A DNA stretch of 36,191 bases from a virus (IMGVR_UViG_3300048599_000917:1-36191), one strand, 5' to 3'. Positions 1-10,100 are shown, numbered from the stretch's first letter. Notes: a model not told the origin generated them from the letters alone. Program-made: numbers and translations.

Positions 1-300
1 GGCCGGTGCGATCTGGACTTCCACAGCACCTACCCCGAGGGCGTCCCGCTGCAGACCTTCGTCGGGACCGAGGTGAAGATCCTGGTCCGATGCGGCTCAA
101 CCACCTGCGACGTGTCTCGGGTCTATGAACCCCTCCAGTTGATCGGCATGTTGCAGCGGAAGGGGACCGGCGACGGCAACACGTCGGTGCTGAAGGTCCA
201 CACCAAGGTCCGCGGGAAGTGCCCGCGCTGCGGCCTGGTCTATTGGAAGTCGGAGCTGCTGAAGCCTCGGGCTCCCTACAGCGGGCCGCCGAACGGGTAG
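1..300 (+). CDS. 5'-truncated hypothetical protein, possible Zn-ribbon
   Basis: Frame 1 is open from base 1 (GRCDLDFHSTYP...) to TAG at 298-300; contains CGSTTC and CPRC; GC3-rich codons. Confidence 0.6.
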   Translation, partial: GRCDLDFHSTYPEGVPLQTFVGTEVKILVRCGSTTCDVSRVYEPLQLIGMLQRKGTGDGNTSVLKVHTKVRGKCPRCGLVYWKSELLKPRAPYSGPPNG

Positions 301-311
301 GAGATCGAGCC

Positions 312-1046
312 GTGTGCAACCTGTACGCCGTCATGAAGGCCCGCGCCGAGGCCGCGGCCCTCGCGCGGGCGATGTCCGACCGCAACGGCAACGCCCCGCC
401 CATGCCGGCCGTCTTCCCCGACTATGGCGCGCCCGTGGTGATCCGCGGCGCCGACCAGGTCAGGGAGATGCGGGACCTGCGCTGGGGGATGCCCTCGTCC
501 AAGAAGGCGCTGCTGGACGCCGCGACCAGGCGGGCCGAGAAGCTGCGCGCCAAGGGCAAGGAGGTGGACTTCGCCGAGCTGCTGAAGATGGAGCCCGACA
601 ACGGGACCACCAACATCCGCAACACCGCCAGCAAGCACTGGCAGCCGTGGCTCGGCCCGGCCCACCGGTGCCTCGTTCCCTTCACGTCGTTCAGCGAGCC
701 GGACCAGGTCGGGGGCACCCTACAGCCCATCTGGTTCGCCCTCGATGAGACGCGCCCGCTGGCCTACTTCGCCGGCGTCTGGACGTCCTGGGCGTGCGTA
801 CGGAAGGTGAAGACCGGATGGGAGGAGTGCGAGCTGTTCGGCTTCCTGACCACGGAGGCCAACGCCGAGGTCGGCGCCTACCACAGCAAGGCCATGCCGG
901 TGATCCTGACGACCGAGGCAGAGCGCGAGCTGTGGATGAGCGACGCGCCCTGGACCGAGGTGGCGCACCTGCAGCGACCACTTCCCGACGGGTCGCTCAA
1001 GGTGGTGGCGATGGGCGGTAAGAAGGACGAGATCGTACCGGCTTGA
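312..1046 (+). CDS. yedK: SOS response-associated peptidase (SRAP/YedK/HMCES family), abasic-site protecting protein
   Basis: GTG start at 312 after GGAG gives MCNLY (catalytic Cys2); also RWG, NIRN, RCLVP..F.E and HSKAMPVIL motifs. Confidence 0.9.
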   Translation: MCNLYAVMKARAEAAALARAMSDRNGNAPPMPAVFPDYGAPVVIRGADQVREMRDLRWGMPSSKKALLDAATRRAEKLRAKGKEVDFAELLKMEPDNGTTNIRNTASKHWQPWLGPAHRCLVPFTSFSEPDQVGGTLQPIWFALDETRPLAYFAGVWTSWACVRKVKTGWEECELFGFLTTEANAEVGAYHSKAMPVILTTEAERELWMSDAPWTEVAHLQRPLPDGSLKVVAMGGKKDEIVPA

Positions 1047-1141
1047 GCTGAACTGGTAAGTACGCGGCACCGTGACGCTGGTAGACTCGAAGGTTTTCGC
1101 TCAACTTCTCAGTAAGTTTCCCTTCTGAGGAGCGATCCGAA

Positions 1142-1423
1142 ATGGCGAGAGTGTTGCAAAGCTGGCGTCACCTGAAGGACTGCAATGTCGAGGGTGGCCG
1201 CCTTCGACTTACCTGGGCGGTGGAGAACATCATAGAGGTCCCCGGTGAGCCGGAAACTGGCGGCGGAGACCCTGGTGTTGTCCGGCGGCGGGCGTGGGGT
1301 GCGGACCAAACCGAATATATTCCGTGGTGCAGCGAGCTGTACGATGCGTTCAACGATAATCAGGGCAAAGGCCGCCTTCTAACCGAAGAGCAGGTCAAGG
1401 AGATCCTCGCGAAGGCGACATGA
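1142..1423 (+). CDS. Hypothetical protein (93 aa), lower GC, moron-like
   Basis: AGGAG about 10 nt upstream of ATG; globular-looking sequence; fills the gap between flanking genes. Confidence 0.6.
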   Translation: MARVLQSWRHLKDCNVEGGRLRLTWAVENIIEVPGEPETGGGDPGVVRRRAWGADQTEYIPWCSELYDAFNDNQGKGRLLTEEQVKEILAKAT

Positions 1424-1480
1424 GTAACGATTAGAAACAGCGGCCCGACTTCAGGACGTCGGGATCCAGGAGAACCTAGT

Positions 1481-1783
1481 TTAGTCCGTGGCGACCTCCG
1501 GGTCGAACCGCGAAATGAACTCCTCCAATTCCGCGGCCGCTGCTGTCGCCTTAGCGATTGATTCCGTTGTGGTGTCCCGGAAGTTCTCGGCATGGGTCCC
1601 AAACCCGCCTTCTCCGCGCTGGAAGGCTTCCATCATGCCGATCTGCTCTCGAAGCTCGGCGAGGGTCTGCCTATGGCGTCGCAATAGCTCGACTTGTGCC
1701 TCACTCATTGCGGTGGCTTTAGCCGCGTCCGCCCGCAGGCGTTCGCGATGACGAGCTTGTCGCTCTCGATTGGATAGAACCAT
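1481..1783 (-). CDS. Small putative DNA-binding regulator with basic N-terminus and coiled coil
   Basis: N-terminal SNRERQARHRERLR motif; sigma70-like promoter and palindromic sites directly upstream. Confidence 0.65.
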   Translation of the reverse strand: MVLSNRERQARHRERLRADAAKATAMSEAQVELLRRHRQTLAELREQIGMMEAFQRGEGGFGTHAENFRDTTTESIAKATAAAAELEEFISRFDPEVATD

Positions 1784-1787
1784 GTGT

Positions 1788-1833
1788 CGTTAGTAACGGC
1801 TTGACGAAGGTTTCGCAAGCTGCGTTAGTAACG
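1788..1833. promoter_or_regulatory. Divergent promoter region with two identical operator-like palindromes CGTTAGTAACG (1788-1798, 1823-1833)
   Basis: Minus strand: TTGCGA-N17-TACTAA-N6-ATG(1783). Plus strand: TTGACG at 1801-1806 with the second palindrome at the expected -10 position. Confidence 0.65.
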
Positions 1834-1901
1834 ACGGGCCGGGTGGAAGTTGCAGCTTCCCTCCCGACCCTAACCGCAACCGATCCTATGGAGATCAGGT
1901 C

Positions 1902-2717
1902 ATGGCTGACGGCCATTCTACCGCGCCCGACGGCGCGCACGCTATCACCTATCAGAAATCCCCCTTCCCCCTACCGTCCCAGGCGGACGAGCGTACGGCG
2001 CGGCTGCTGGCCGGCCTGGAGAGGCTGGAGGCGCTGCGGAACGAGATGACCTTCCGTCTCGTGCAGCTCCTCGACGCCAGCGAGCCCGACCCGGACCTTG
2101 AGCCCGGCGGCGACGACGAGCCCTGCCTATCCTTCACCAACGTCAAGCACATGGCCGCCGGGGCGTCGCAGACCGATGACCTGGAGATCGACTGCGGCGG
2201 CGTCGGCGACAAGACCGACCAGAGCCAATATGGCAACGAGGCGGGCCTTGAGGGGGACGGGGACTGCGACGCCGAGCACACGCTCGGCTGGTCCGCCAAC
2301 CCCGGCCAACTCTTCACAGCTCACATGGGTGTGGGCCTGACCTACGGCCGTGGCTCCAACATGATCGAGGTCGACGACGCCGAGCATGATGGGCGCGAGC
2401 CGTCGCTGGGCTTTCTGGAACGGCCCTGCAGCTGGGCCAGCGCGAGCGGCGACCAGCGGGATATCGGTGCAGGTTGTCGTGACGACCGCGAGGAGCAGTG
2501 CGAAGGCGGCGGCGGCGACGACGCCTGCGAAGACGAGGGGGCCGCCTGCGAGGATGAGGGCGGCCAGTGCGACGACGAGGGCCACGACTCCGACCGCGAG
2601 CCCGACAGCGACGCTGAGCCCGACGAAACGCCCTACTGCGGCCACTACGCCGAAGACCAGCGCCTGATGGTCTCCACAACCACCTTCGGCACGGTCCTGA
2701 ATACGAGGGTTGGGTGA
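1902..2717 (+). CDS. Highly acidic Asp/Glu/Cys-rich repeat protein of unknown function
   Basis: GGAG RBS; repeated E-P/H-x-L-G/S-W/F and DDxE motifs; CEDEG-like tandem repeats. Confidence 0.75.
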   Translation: MADGHSTAPDGAHAITYQKSPFPLPSQADERTARLLAGLERLEALRNEMTFRLVQLLDASEPDPDLEPGGDDEPCLSFTNVKHMAAGASQTDDLEIDCGGVGDKTDQSQYGNEAGLEGDGDCDAEHTLGWSANPGQLFTAHMGVGLTYGRGSNMIEVDDAEHDGREPSLGFLERPCSWASASGDQRDIGAGCRDDREEQCEGGGGDDACEDEGAACEDEGGQCDDEGHDSDREPDSDAEPDETPYCGHYAEDQRLMVSTTTFGTVLNTRVG

Positions 2718-3055
2718 TGGCGGTCCGTCTTGATCGCCGGAGCTTGCTCGCGGCTTCGGCTGTCCTGCCGGCCGTCGTGCTCCCCGTGGGCAGCAAAGCC
2801 CAGCCCATCGGGGTCCTGACCGTCCGCCCGCGCGGGACCGGGCCCGTCGTCTATCCGGGCTGGATCGACTTCCGCCGTATGATGGATAGCCTTCACCGGG
2901 ACGGGGCACGTTCGGCCGACCACGCCCAGGCTGCGGGCCTGAAGGTGGCGGACCTATACTGTGTGATGCTGTGCGGGCGGGACGCCCCTGTTCTGTTTTT
3001 CCAGGGCGAGGGCACGGCGGTCGTAGCGGTGGACGCGTCGGGGGTCCGTCCATGA
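2717..3055 (+). CDS. Hypothetical protein with twin-arginine-like N-terminus (DRRSLLAASA)
   Basis: TGATG overlap with the upstream gene. Confidence 0.6.
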   Translation: MAVRLDRRSLLAASAVLPAVVLPVGSKAQPIGVLTVRPRGTGPVVYPGWIDFRRMMDSLHRDGARSADHAQAAGLKVADLYCVMLCGRDAPVLFFQGEGTAVVAVDASGVRP

Positions 3056-3243
3056 TGGTCGCGCAACTGGGCAGATCACCCGATCACATTGCCCGCATCG
3101 GTATCCACGACCCGGTCACCAACACCATCAGGTGGATCAGGGAGTGCGAACCTGATGGGACGCCCAAGACGCGGGACGGGCGTCTCGCAAGGGCCCGCGC
3201 GGCGCTGGCGGAGGCTACGCGGCGATCACCGAATAGAGACTGA
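3052..3243 (+). CDS. Small hypothetical protein (63 aa)
   Basis: ATGA overlap with the upstream gene; 3' end overlaps the convergent gene. Confidence 0.45.
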   Translation: MMVAQLGRSPDHIARIGIHDPVTNTIRWIRECEPDGTPKTRDGRLARARAALAEATRRSPNRD

Positions 3244-4159
3244 ACCCACCTTCACCCAGTGGCGCGTCCAGTGACCGGGCGCGCCACGTCCCAGCCCGCC
3301 GATGGTAGTCGCTGACGAACCGGCGGGCGGCCTGCTTCAGGTCTCCGATTTCGACCCGGCCCTCCAGTACGGCCAGGATCATCTCCGAACGGATATCGTC
3401 CTGGATCGCTCGGGGCAGGAAGCCCGGCAACGCATCGGTCACAGCCGCAAAAACTTCGTTTTGTGACAGGCGGCGAAAAAGCACCGATCCCAGCGGCCCT
3501 TCACCCAATCCACGGTAGACCCGGGCCGCATCGGCGGCGACACGCGGCCGGCTACCCAAGGCAGAGTTCACAAGCGCTCTGAAGGCATCGTCGCGCTGGC
3601 GGCGCATGTAGATGGCGTTAGTGGTGGGCATCCCGTCGAGTCGCCCAATATGGGAGAACGACGCGCCGGCCCCTATCTTCCGGACGACCTCTGTCCAGGC
3701 ATCCTCGGCGTAGGCGGCTACAATCCGCCCCCTCCCGTTCCGGTCGATAATGTAGTCGCCGCCCTTTTTGCCAGCCTGCCGGGCTTTCGCCCAGGCGGCG
3801 CGGACGTCGGCTGCAAACGCCGGATCGCTTTTCACTCGCGCCCAGTACAGCTTTCCAGACGGCATACCGTCACGAGAAAAGAGCTTCCGAAGGTGAAATC
3901 CTTCAGCGCAGCGTTGGAGGAAGAGCCCCCAATTATAGGCGGCTGGCGCCTTTCTCGGCCCACCAGGGCGTCGCATGGCTCTCAAGAAGCGCGCGTCCAA
4001 TTCCGGGTCCAATTTGCGCCAGCGTTGAACGCATGTCGTCGATGGCAAGCCCGGGTGTTCACAAGCCTGTCGAAATCCCTCCCCCGCCTGCATCCTCGCC
4101 AGGATTGTCTCGATCGCTTGATCACGGCCCGGGAAGGCGCGCCTTTTTCGTCGATCCAT
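3215..4159 (-). CDS. Protein with three tandem small-terminase (Sf6 gp1)-like HTH repeats and a sigma-like C-terminus
   Basis: Three repeats of G-[LM]-P-[ST]-x10-D-[PD]-x-[LF]; C-terminal DDIRSEMILAVLE and SLDAPLGE; starts 9 bp after the giant gene. Confidence 0.7.
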   Translation of the reverse strand: MDRRKRRAFPGRDQAIETILARMQAGEGFRQACEHPGLPSTTCVQRWRKLDPELDARFLRAMRRPGGPRKAPAAYNWGLFLQRCAEGFHLRKLFSRDGMPSGKLYWARVKSDPAFAADVRAAWAKARQAGKKGGDYIIDRNGRGRIVAAYAEDAWTEVVRKIGAGASFSHIGRLDGMPTTNAIYMRRQRDDAFRALVNSALGSRPRVAADAARVYRGLGEGPLGSVLFRRLSQNEVFAAVTDALPGFLPRAIQDDIRSEMILAVLEGRVEIGDLKQAARRFVSDYHRRAGTWRARSLDAPLGEGGFSLYSVIAA

Positions 4160-4168
4160 ATTGGTCGT

Positions 4169-7100
4169 TTACCGGACGGCGGGCGCCGCGCCTCGCCGCG
4201 CCCTCTCGACCGTCCCGTCCCGACCCCGGTCCTGGTTCTTCAGGATCACGCGGGCGGCGATCTGGGCCGCGCCCGGCGACATCAATCGCTCACGCCCTTC
4301 GGCCCAGCGCTGCTCCATCTCCGCTCGCGGCATGACGTTCTCTCGGAACAGGAACGCCTTGTAGAGTTGCTCGATGCGGGGATCGGCCGCTTTCAACTGC
4401 GCCTGCGCAGCGTCGGCCTCTGACCGCATCTGCGACTTCTGGGCCCACCCCTTGTCGTCGGCCAGGATCAGGGCGTCCCGCATCTCCGCCATCGACATGG
4501 TGGCGAGTGCTTGGTCGACCCTATTCCGTTCGCCCGGAGTCAGGGTGACGGTTTCGCCGCCAATGACGCGGATAGGCCCGCGGGAAAGCTCGCGGCGCAG
4601 GTCGGTGATCGCCCGTACGGCCTTTTCGGCCCGAATGACCGGATGCATCTGTTCGGCCCGGCCGGAGAGCCCGGTGGAGGCGACCACGTAGGACCGCTCG
4701 ATGGGCTTCAGCTTGTCCAGGTAGGCCGTGGCGCCGGCGATATCCCCCGCCTTCACCTTGTCTCGGAACATGCCGACCTTGGGCGGTAGCGAGCCGCCCG
4801 ACTGCGAGACCAGGCCCCAGAACTCCTTGGAGGAGACCGAGCCTCGGGTCACGTCGCGGACGAAGCGGCGGGCGATGAAGGCGTCGGCCGCATCGGTGCC
4901 CCGGACGTCGCCGCCCTCCTTCAGCACCGCGTCCGTAGCGCCCAGGAAAGACCGACCCCAGGAACCGCCGAACCCGGTGATGACGTAGTCCATGACGGCG
5001 GGAGAGGCGTGGACGGCCTTCCCCAGCCGCTTCGACAGCTCGCTGGTGTAGCTGTTGAACTGCATCTCGGGTTCGGTCCCGTAGCGCAGGTGGTCGGGAA
5101 TGATGGGCTGGCCGGTGCTGGTGCGATTGCGCGCCAGGTCGAACGGAACGGCCAGGGCGGTAATGCCGAGCGGAGGGGCCAGGACCTCGCCCAGGCCCGC
5201 CCACAGGCGTTCCCAAGCCTTCGGGTCCTTCTTGGCCGTCGCCTCGTAGCCGCGCTCCAGGACGTTCGACAGCGTCGCCAGTTCGAACGGCTTGGGGACC
5301 GCGCCCCACTTCCCCGGGGCGAGCTTCACCATCCAGTGCGTGGCGCGCAGGTAGTCGCTGATCTCCTCGTACTCGGGGTCGTCCTTGTAGGCGGCCGTCA
5401 GCGCCAGGCCGAACGCCCCGATGGCCGACACCTTGGCCCAAGCCTTGGCCGCATGGGTGATGCGCCGCTGCTGGGCCGGCGTCAGCTTCTGGGCCTGCTG
5501 GCCGAACAGGGGGGCCACCAGCTCCCGGATCGACCTCCCGGCCTCGCCTTCCGCCGTCAGGACGCGGCGGGCCTTGTCCAGGCCCTGCAGCGACGCGTTG
5601 AGGAAGGTGACGGTTCGGATCGCCGAGAGCATGTGCGAGCCGCGGCGGTCGAAGTCCAGGATGTCCCGCGAGGCGAAGTGCGCCTCCTGCATCGCCTCGT
5701 ACTCCGACATCCCCGCCTTCCGGGCCTTGTCGTAGGCGAGGCGGAAGACGCCCATGCGGGTGCCGGTTTCCGAGATCTCGCTCGCCTTGATGAGCTGGCG
5801 CGGCGAGAGGAAGCGCTTGAGGGTGATGCCCTTCTTGTTCAGCGCGGCCATGTCCTTCATGACCCGTGCCTTGTCGAGCGAGGCGACATTGGCGCCGCCC
5901 GCAAGGCCGCCCGCCACGTTGTAGAGGCGAGCGGCTTTGGTCTGGGCCAGCTCGTCGGCGATGCCGCGCGCGCCGGTCACGCCGGGGACGAAGCCGACGT
6001 CGGACGTGATCCAGGTCGCGATCTGGTCCCGGATGTAGTTGGCGAAGAAGAACTCCGGGTGGGTGGTGATGCCGAACCGGAGCACCTGCGACGGGGCCGA
6101 AGCGATGTTGACGAACAGGTTCTTGGCCGTGGCGTTCATGCCGGTCACGGCTTCGAACATCTGCTTGCCGAATTCGCCGTCGGGCAGGCGGAGCGGGATC
6201 TTCCTGCCCTCCTTCCACAGGAAGACGATGGGCTCGCCCCGTTCATTGATCTCGCCGGCCTTGAACACCCCGACCGTGGTGTCCTCGCCCAGCATGGCCT
6301 CGATGGTCTCCAGCAGGAGGTCCGCATCGCGCTTGGAGACGTTGGCGTTGTCGATGGCCTTCGTCAGGGCGTCCATCACGTCCACGTTGACCTTCTGGAT
6401 CTCGTGGGCCGGGAGCTGCTCGACGATGGAGCCGCCGAACCTGCCTGCGCGCTGGGCCAGGTTGAAGAGCGCGCTCAGCGCCTCGTTCCGGGCGGTCAGG
6501 GCCGAGAGGTTGTAGGCGCGCTGCATCATCGACTGGATCGGGTTGATGATGTCGCGGGTCGAGCCGCGGAAGGTCTTGGGCCCGCCGGCGAACTTGCGGT
6601 TCCGCCCCCCGCCGCCCTTGCCGACGAACGGCTCCTTGTCCGACAGGTCCCGCATCAGGGGGACGTAGTCCTCATGCTCGGTGAGGCCGAGCTGATAGGC
6701 TTCCTGGCTCAGGAACCCGGCGTCGTACTGCTTCTTCCAGTGGTTGGCGTTCCACTCGTAGACCTGCTTGGCCGCGTCGGCCCAGGACGGGTTCGCGGCC
6801 TCGAAATCCACCACCGCCTGTTCCCAGACATCCTTCGGGATCCAGTGAGGCTCCCGCTCCAGCTTGCCGGCCTCGTAACGGCTCCATTCGGCGATCAGAC
6901 GCCGGCCGGCGAGGTAGGCGCCGAAGTCCTCGAACGCTTCATCGGTCCACGTCTTTCCGAGGGCGGTGTGGAGCGCGTCGGCCAGGCCAGGCCCCTCGGG
7001 CGCCGTGCCCTTGTGCGGGACGACGCCATGCATGAGGTCGACATGGGCGCTGGAGAAGGCCCCGCGGGACATCCGCGCCAGGGCGTAGGGGTTCTCCGCC

Positions 7101-10100
7101 GCCTTCAGGTCGAGGCGCTTGCCCTTGTCGAGGGCGATCCCGTCGAGCAGTTGGCGCACGGCCATGTTGATCGGGTGCAGGTCGTCGATGGCGCGGCGGT
7201 AAAGCTCGTTCCCCCATTTCTCCATCGCGCCCTGTATGCCGAACGTCTTCACGTCGGCGCCGGCCTCGCGGAGCAGGGTCGGCTTGGAGGAGCGGACGAT
7301 GATGCTGCGGGCCAGGGATGCCGACGGGGCCTTCAACAGGCCCTGGTAGGCGTTCTGGATCGCCCGGAGCTGGTTCAGCACCTTGGGCGCGTCCTTGACC
7401 AGTGCGGCCTCGAACTCGGCGTAGAAGGTCGGGGCCTTCTGCTTCGCGGTCTCGGGATCGGTCAGGTAGTAGCGGCCAAACTCGGCAAAGCCTTCCTGAC
7501 GGTGGACCTCGGGGGCGTAGCCCTCCGGCGCCATGCGCTTCAGCTCCGGCGCGTTGCGGGCCAGCGCGGCCAGCAGGGCCGGGTGCTTCTGGTATTCCAG
7601 CGCATGGGTCGCCTCGTGGGCGAGGACGTCCATGTCCTTCGCCCTGGTGCGGATCACGCCCGAGCTGGGGCTGTATTCGCCAAGCTTGCGCGTTCCGGGC
7701 CGGCTGGGCGTCATGCGACCCTGGCGCACGGTCAGGCCGAGCGTATCGCCCAGCTTCTTCGTCAGCTCTGTGAGCGAGTGTTCAAGCCGCTCGATGTGGC
7801 GCGGATCGGGGACGGCGCGCGGCGTCGGCCGAGGCGCATCGGCGGGCCGAGTGCTTTGTTCCAGGCGCTCGCCCTGGGCGCTAAGTTTGCCGTCAGGCAG
7901 GTCCGGGCGTATATTCAAATCGGCCAGCCGGTCCGGGGAGCCCCCTTGCGGGGCGGCAATAGCCGGGCCCTCGGCAGCGGGGCTATCAATCCTACCTCCG
8001 CTCGACTGGCCGCCCTTCCCCTTCTCGTAGGCCGTCAGCAGCCAGCGCTTCTCCTGGCCGAGATAGTCGAGCACCACCACCGTCTTGTGCGTCGGGTTCT
8101 CCAGGAAGACGCGAGACGTGCCGCCCGGCGTGACCGTGGAACTCGCCAGCACCTCGGGCAGATCGCGTACAAGCTGCTCGCCGTTGGGCTTGGCGAGGAT
8201 GTGCGCGAGGCCGCCCCGCTTGTCGCCCCAGATCACGTCGATCCGGCCGACCGCCGGGTGATGCAGCACGCCAACCGCGTCGCCGGCCTTCAGGTGGCGC
8301 AGCACCTGCACGGCGCCGTCCCAGTTGTCCTCCAGGCCCGCGATGCGGGGGCCGCCGACACCCTCGCCGTCGATCCGCGCGCCGTGCCGCGCCAAGACGA
8401 GGCGGGTATCGCGCGCCGAGGGGCCAGTAGACCGGGCCTCCAGCTTGCCTTCGGGCAGGGTGATCCGGGGCTCGCGGAGCATAGCCGCGCGGGTTGAAAA
8501 GTCCCTCGTGCGACCGGCGTTCGGCCGGAACCCTTCCGAGCGATAGAAGTCCACCAGCCGGCCCTTGGAGATGCCGCGCTCCATCGGATCGGGCGTAAGA
8601 GCCACGGCGCGGCCAGCACGGTCCGCCTCCGCGAGGAACGCCTGCACCGCCGCTCGGGCGGACCCTCGGCCGCGCAGCTCCGCCGGCGTGCGGACCATGC
8701 TGATTTCCACCGGCCCGTCGCGCGAGACCTGGTAGCTGATCGTCGTGTCGCCGATCCGGGCGTCTCGGGCGCCGGGCGTGGTGAAGTCGATCTCCGGCGC
8801 CAGCGCAGCGCGGCGCTCCGGCCGGAAGTCGATGACCGGAACGCGCTGGATACCCAGCTCCTTCGCAGCATGGGCGCGATGACGACCGTCCTCCTTGCCG
8901 TCGGCGTAGATCTTGAGAGGGTCGAGCTGCCTGCCCTGCTCGATGTGAGCCTTCAGGTCATCGATGTTGTCCCGCGAGACGTCGTCGATCTCCAGCGGGC
9001 GAACCTGTCCGAGGTACTCGTCCGGCGTCATTTCGACCGGGCGGCCGCCACGGCTCTCGAAATCAGCGTCGCTGTACCAGTTGTCTCGCGAGGCCGCGGG
9101 GTAGGCGCGCGACTCCACCCCCCCAGAACGAGAAACCCCGCCGGGTTGCGGCGGGGTCTCAGGGGCGGTGGCGATGTCGGGGGAGGACGGCTTGTCCGGC
9201 GGCGGACCCTGCGCGGCGAGCCGCTGCTGCGGCGTCCGGAAGTAGTCGTCCATGGCCGCGCGGATGTCGTCGTTCGAGTGCTTGGCCGGATCCATGCCCA
9301 GCTCGACCAGGATCTCGTCCAGGTCCTGGACGCGCTGGCGCAACTCGACCGCGTCGGGGTCCTCCCGAGAGACCCGGTTCCAGCCGGCAAGCTCGGCCTG
9401 GATGCCGTCCAGCAGGTCCGCGGTCGTCGCCCGGTTGGACCCATCGGGCAGGAGCGGGGTGATGTAGCCCGCATCCTGGGCGCGCTCGGCCGCACGCTCC
9501 AGCGGCATACCGCCTTCCTGGATAAGGCGAGTCCGGAAAGGCTTGTCGCGGTGCCAGCGGTCCGCATCGAGGGTCGTCAGCTCGCCGCCCTGGTCGAGAA
9601 GGCCGCCGTTCTTGGATAGCCACTCGATGAGGGTCGGGCCATCGTCGACCTTCACTTTCTCGCCGCTTCGCAGGACGTCCAGGGCGCGGTCGGTGAGGTC
9701 CTTGGGACGGCCACCGGTGAAGTCGGGCAGGTTGGCGGCGTCGGTCCCGGAGGGAAGATCGCGGTCGCCAGGGAAGTCGTCGAACTGGGCCCGTCCGCCG
9801 TAGTCGATATTGCTGTTCGCCGGCGCATCGTCGAACTGGGCCCTGCCGCCATAATCGATAGGCGCCTCGCCACCGCCCATCTGGGGAATTTCCCCAGATG
9901 CAGCGCGTCGGGCGGCCCGGCGCTCGCCCAGCCGTTTGGCTCCGGCCTCGGCGCCCCCGAGGGCGCCACCAGCAACCGCGCCGATGACCGCCGACAGCGC
10001 GGTCTGCTTCGGGTCGTAGCGCTCCTGGGTCCCGCCCTCGATGTTCAGGGCTTGCACGGCCGGATCGGTCGCGGCGTTGGTCACAGCGCCGCCCAGCGCA

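Noticed and set aside
219-311. Longer N-terminus for the SRAP gene
   Set aside because: SRAP needs Cys at position 2; GTG 312 has an RBS and avoids overlap with the upstream CDS
1047-1141. Possible attL in the AT-richer spacer after SRAP
   Set aside because: No partner repeat or tRNA fragment visible; the window ends at the integrase stop, so attR cannot be compared
1788-1833. Palindromes as LexA or CtrA boxes
   Set aside because: Do not match GTTC-N7-GTTC or TTAA-N7-TTAA
5009-8497. 1162-aa plus-strand ORF, and similar long antisense ORFs (13771-15129, 21401-22621, 23374-25554, 25632-26990)
   Set aside because: Shadow ORFs opposite well-supported genes; expected in high-GC DNA; no recognisable motifs
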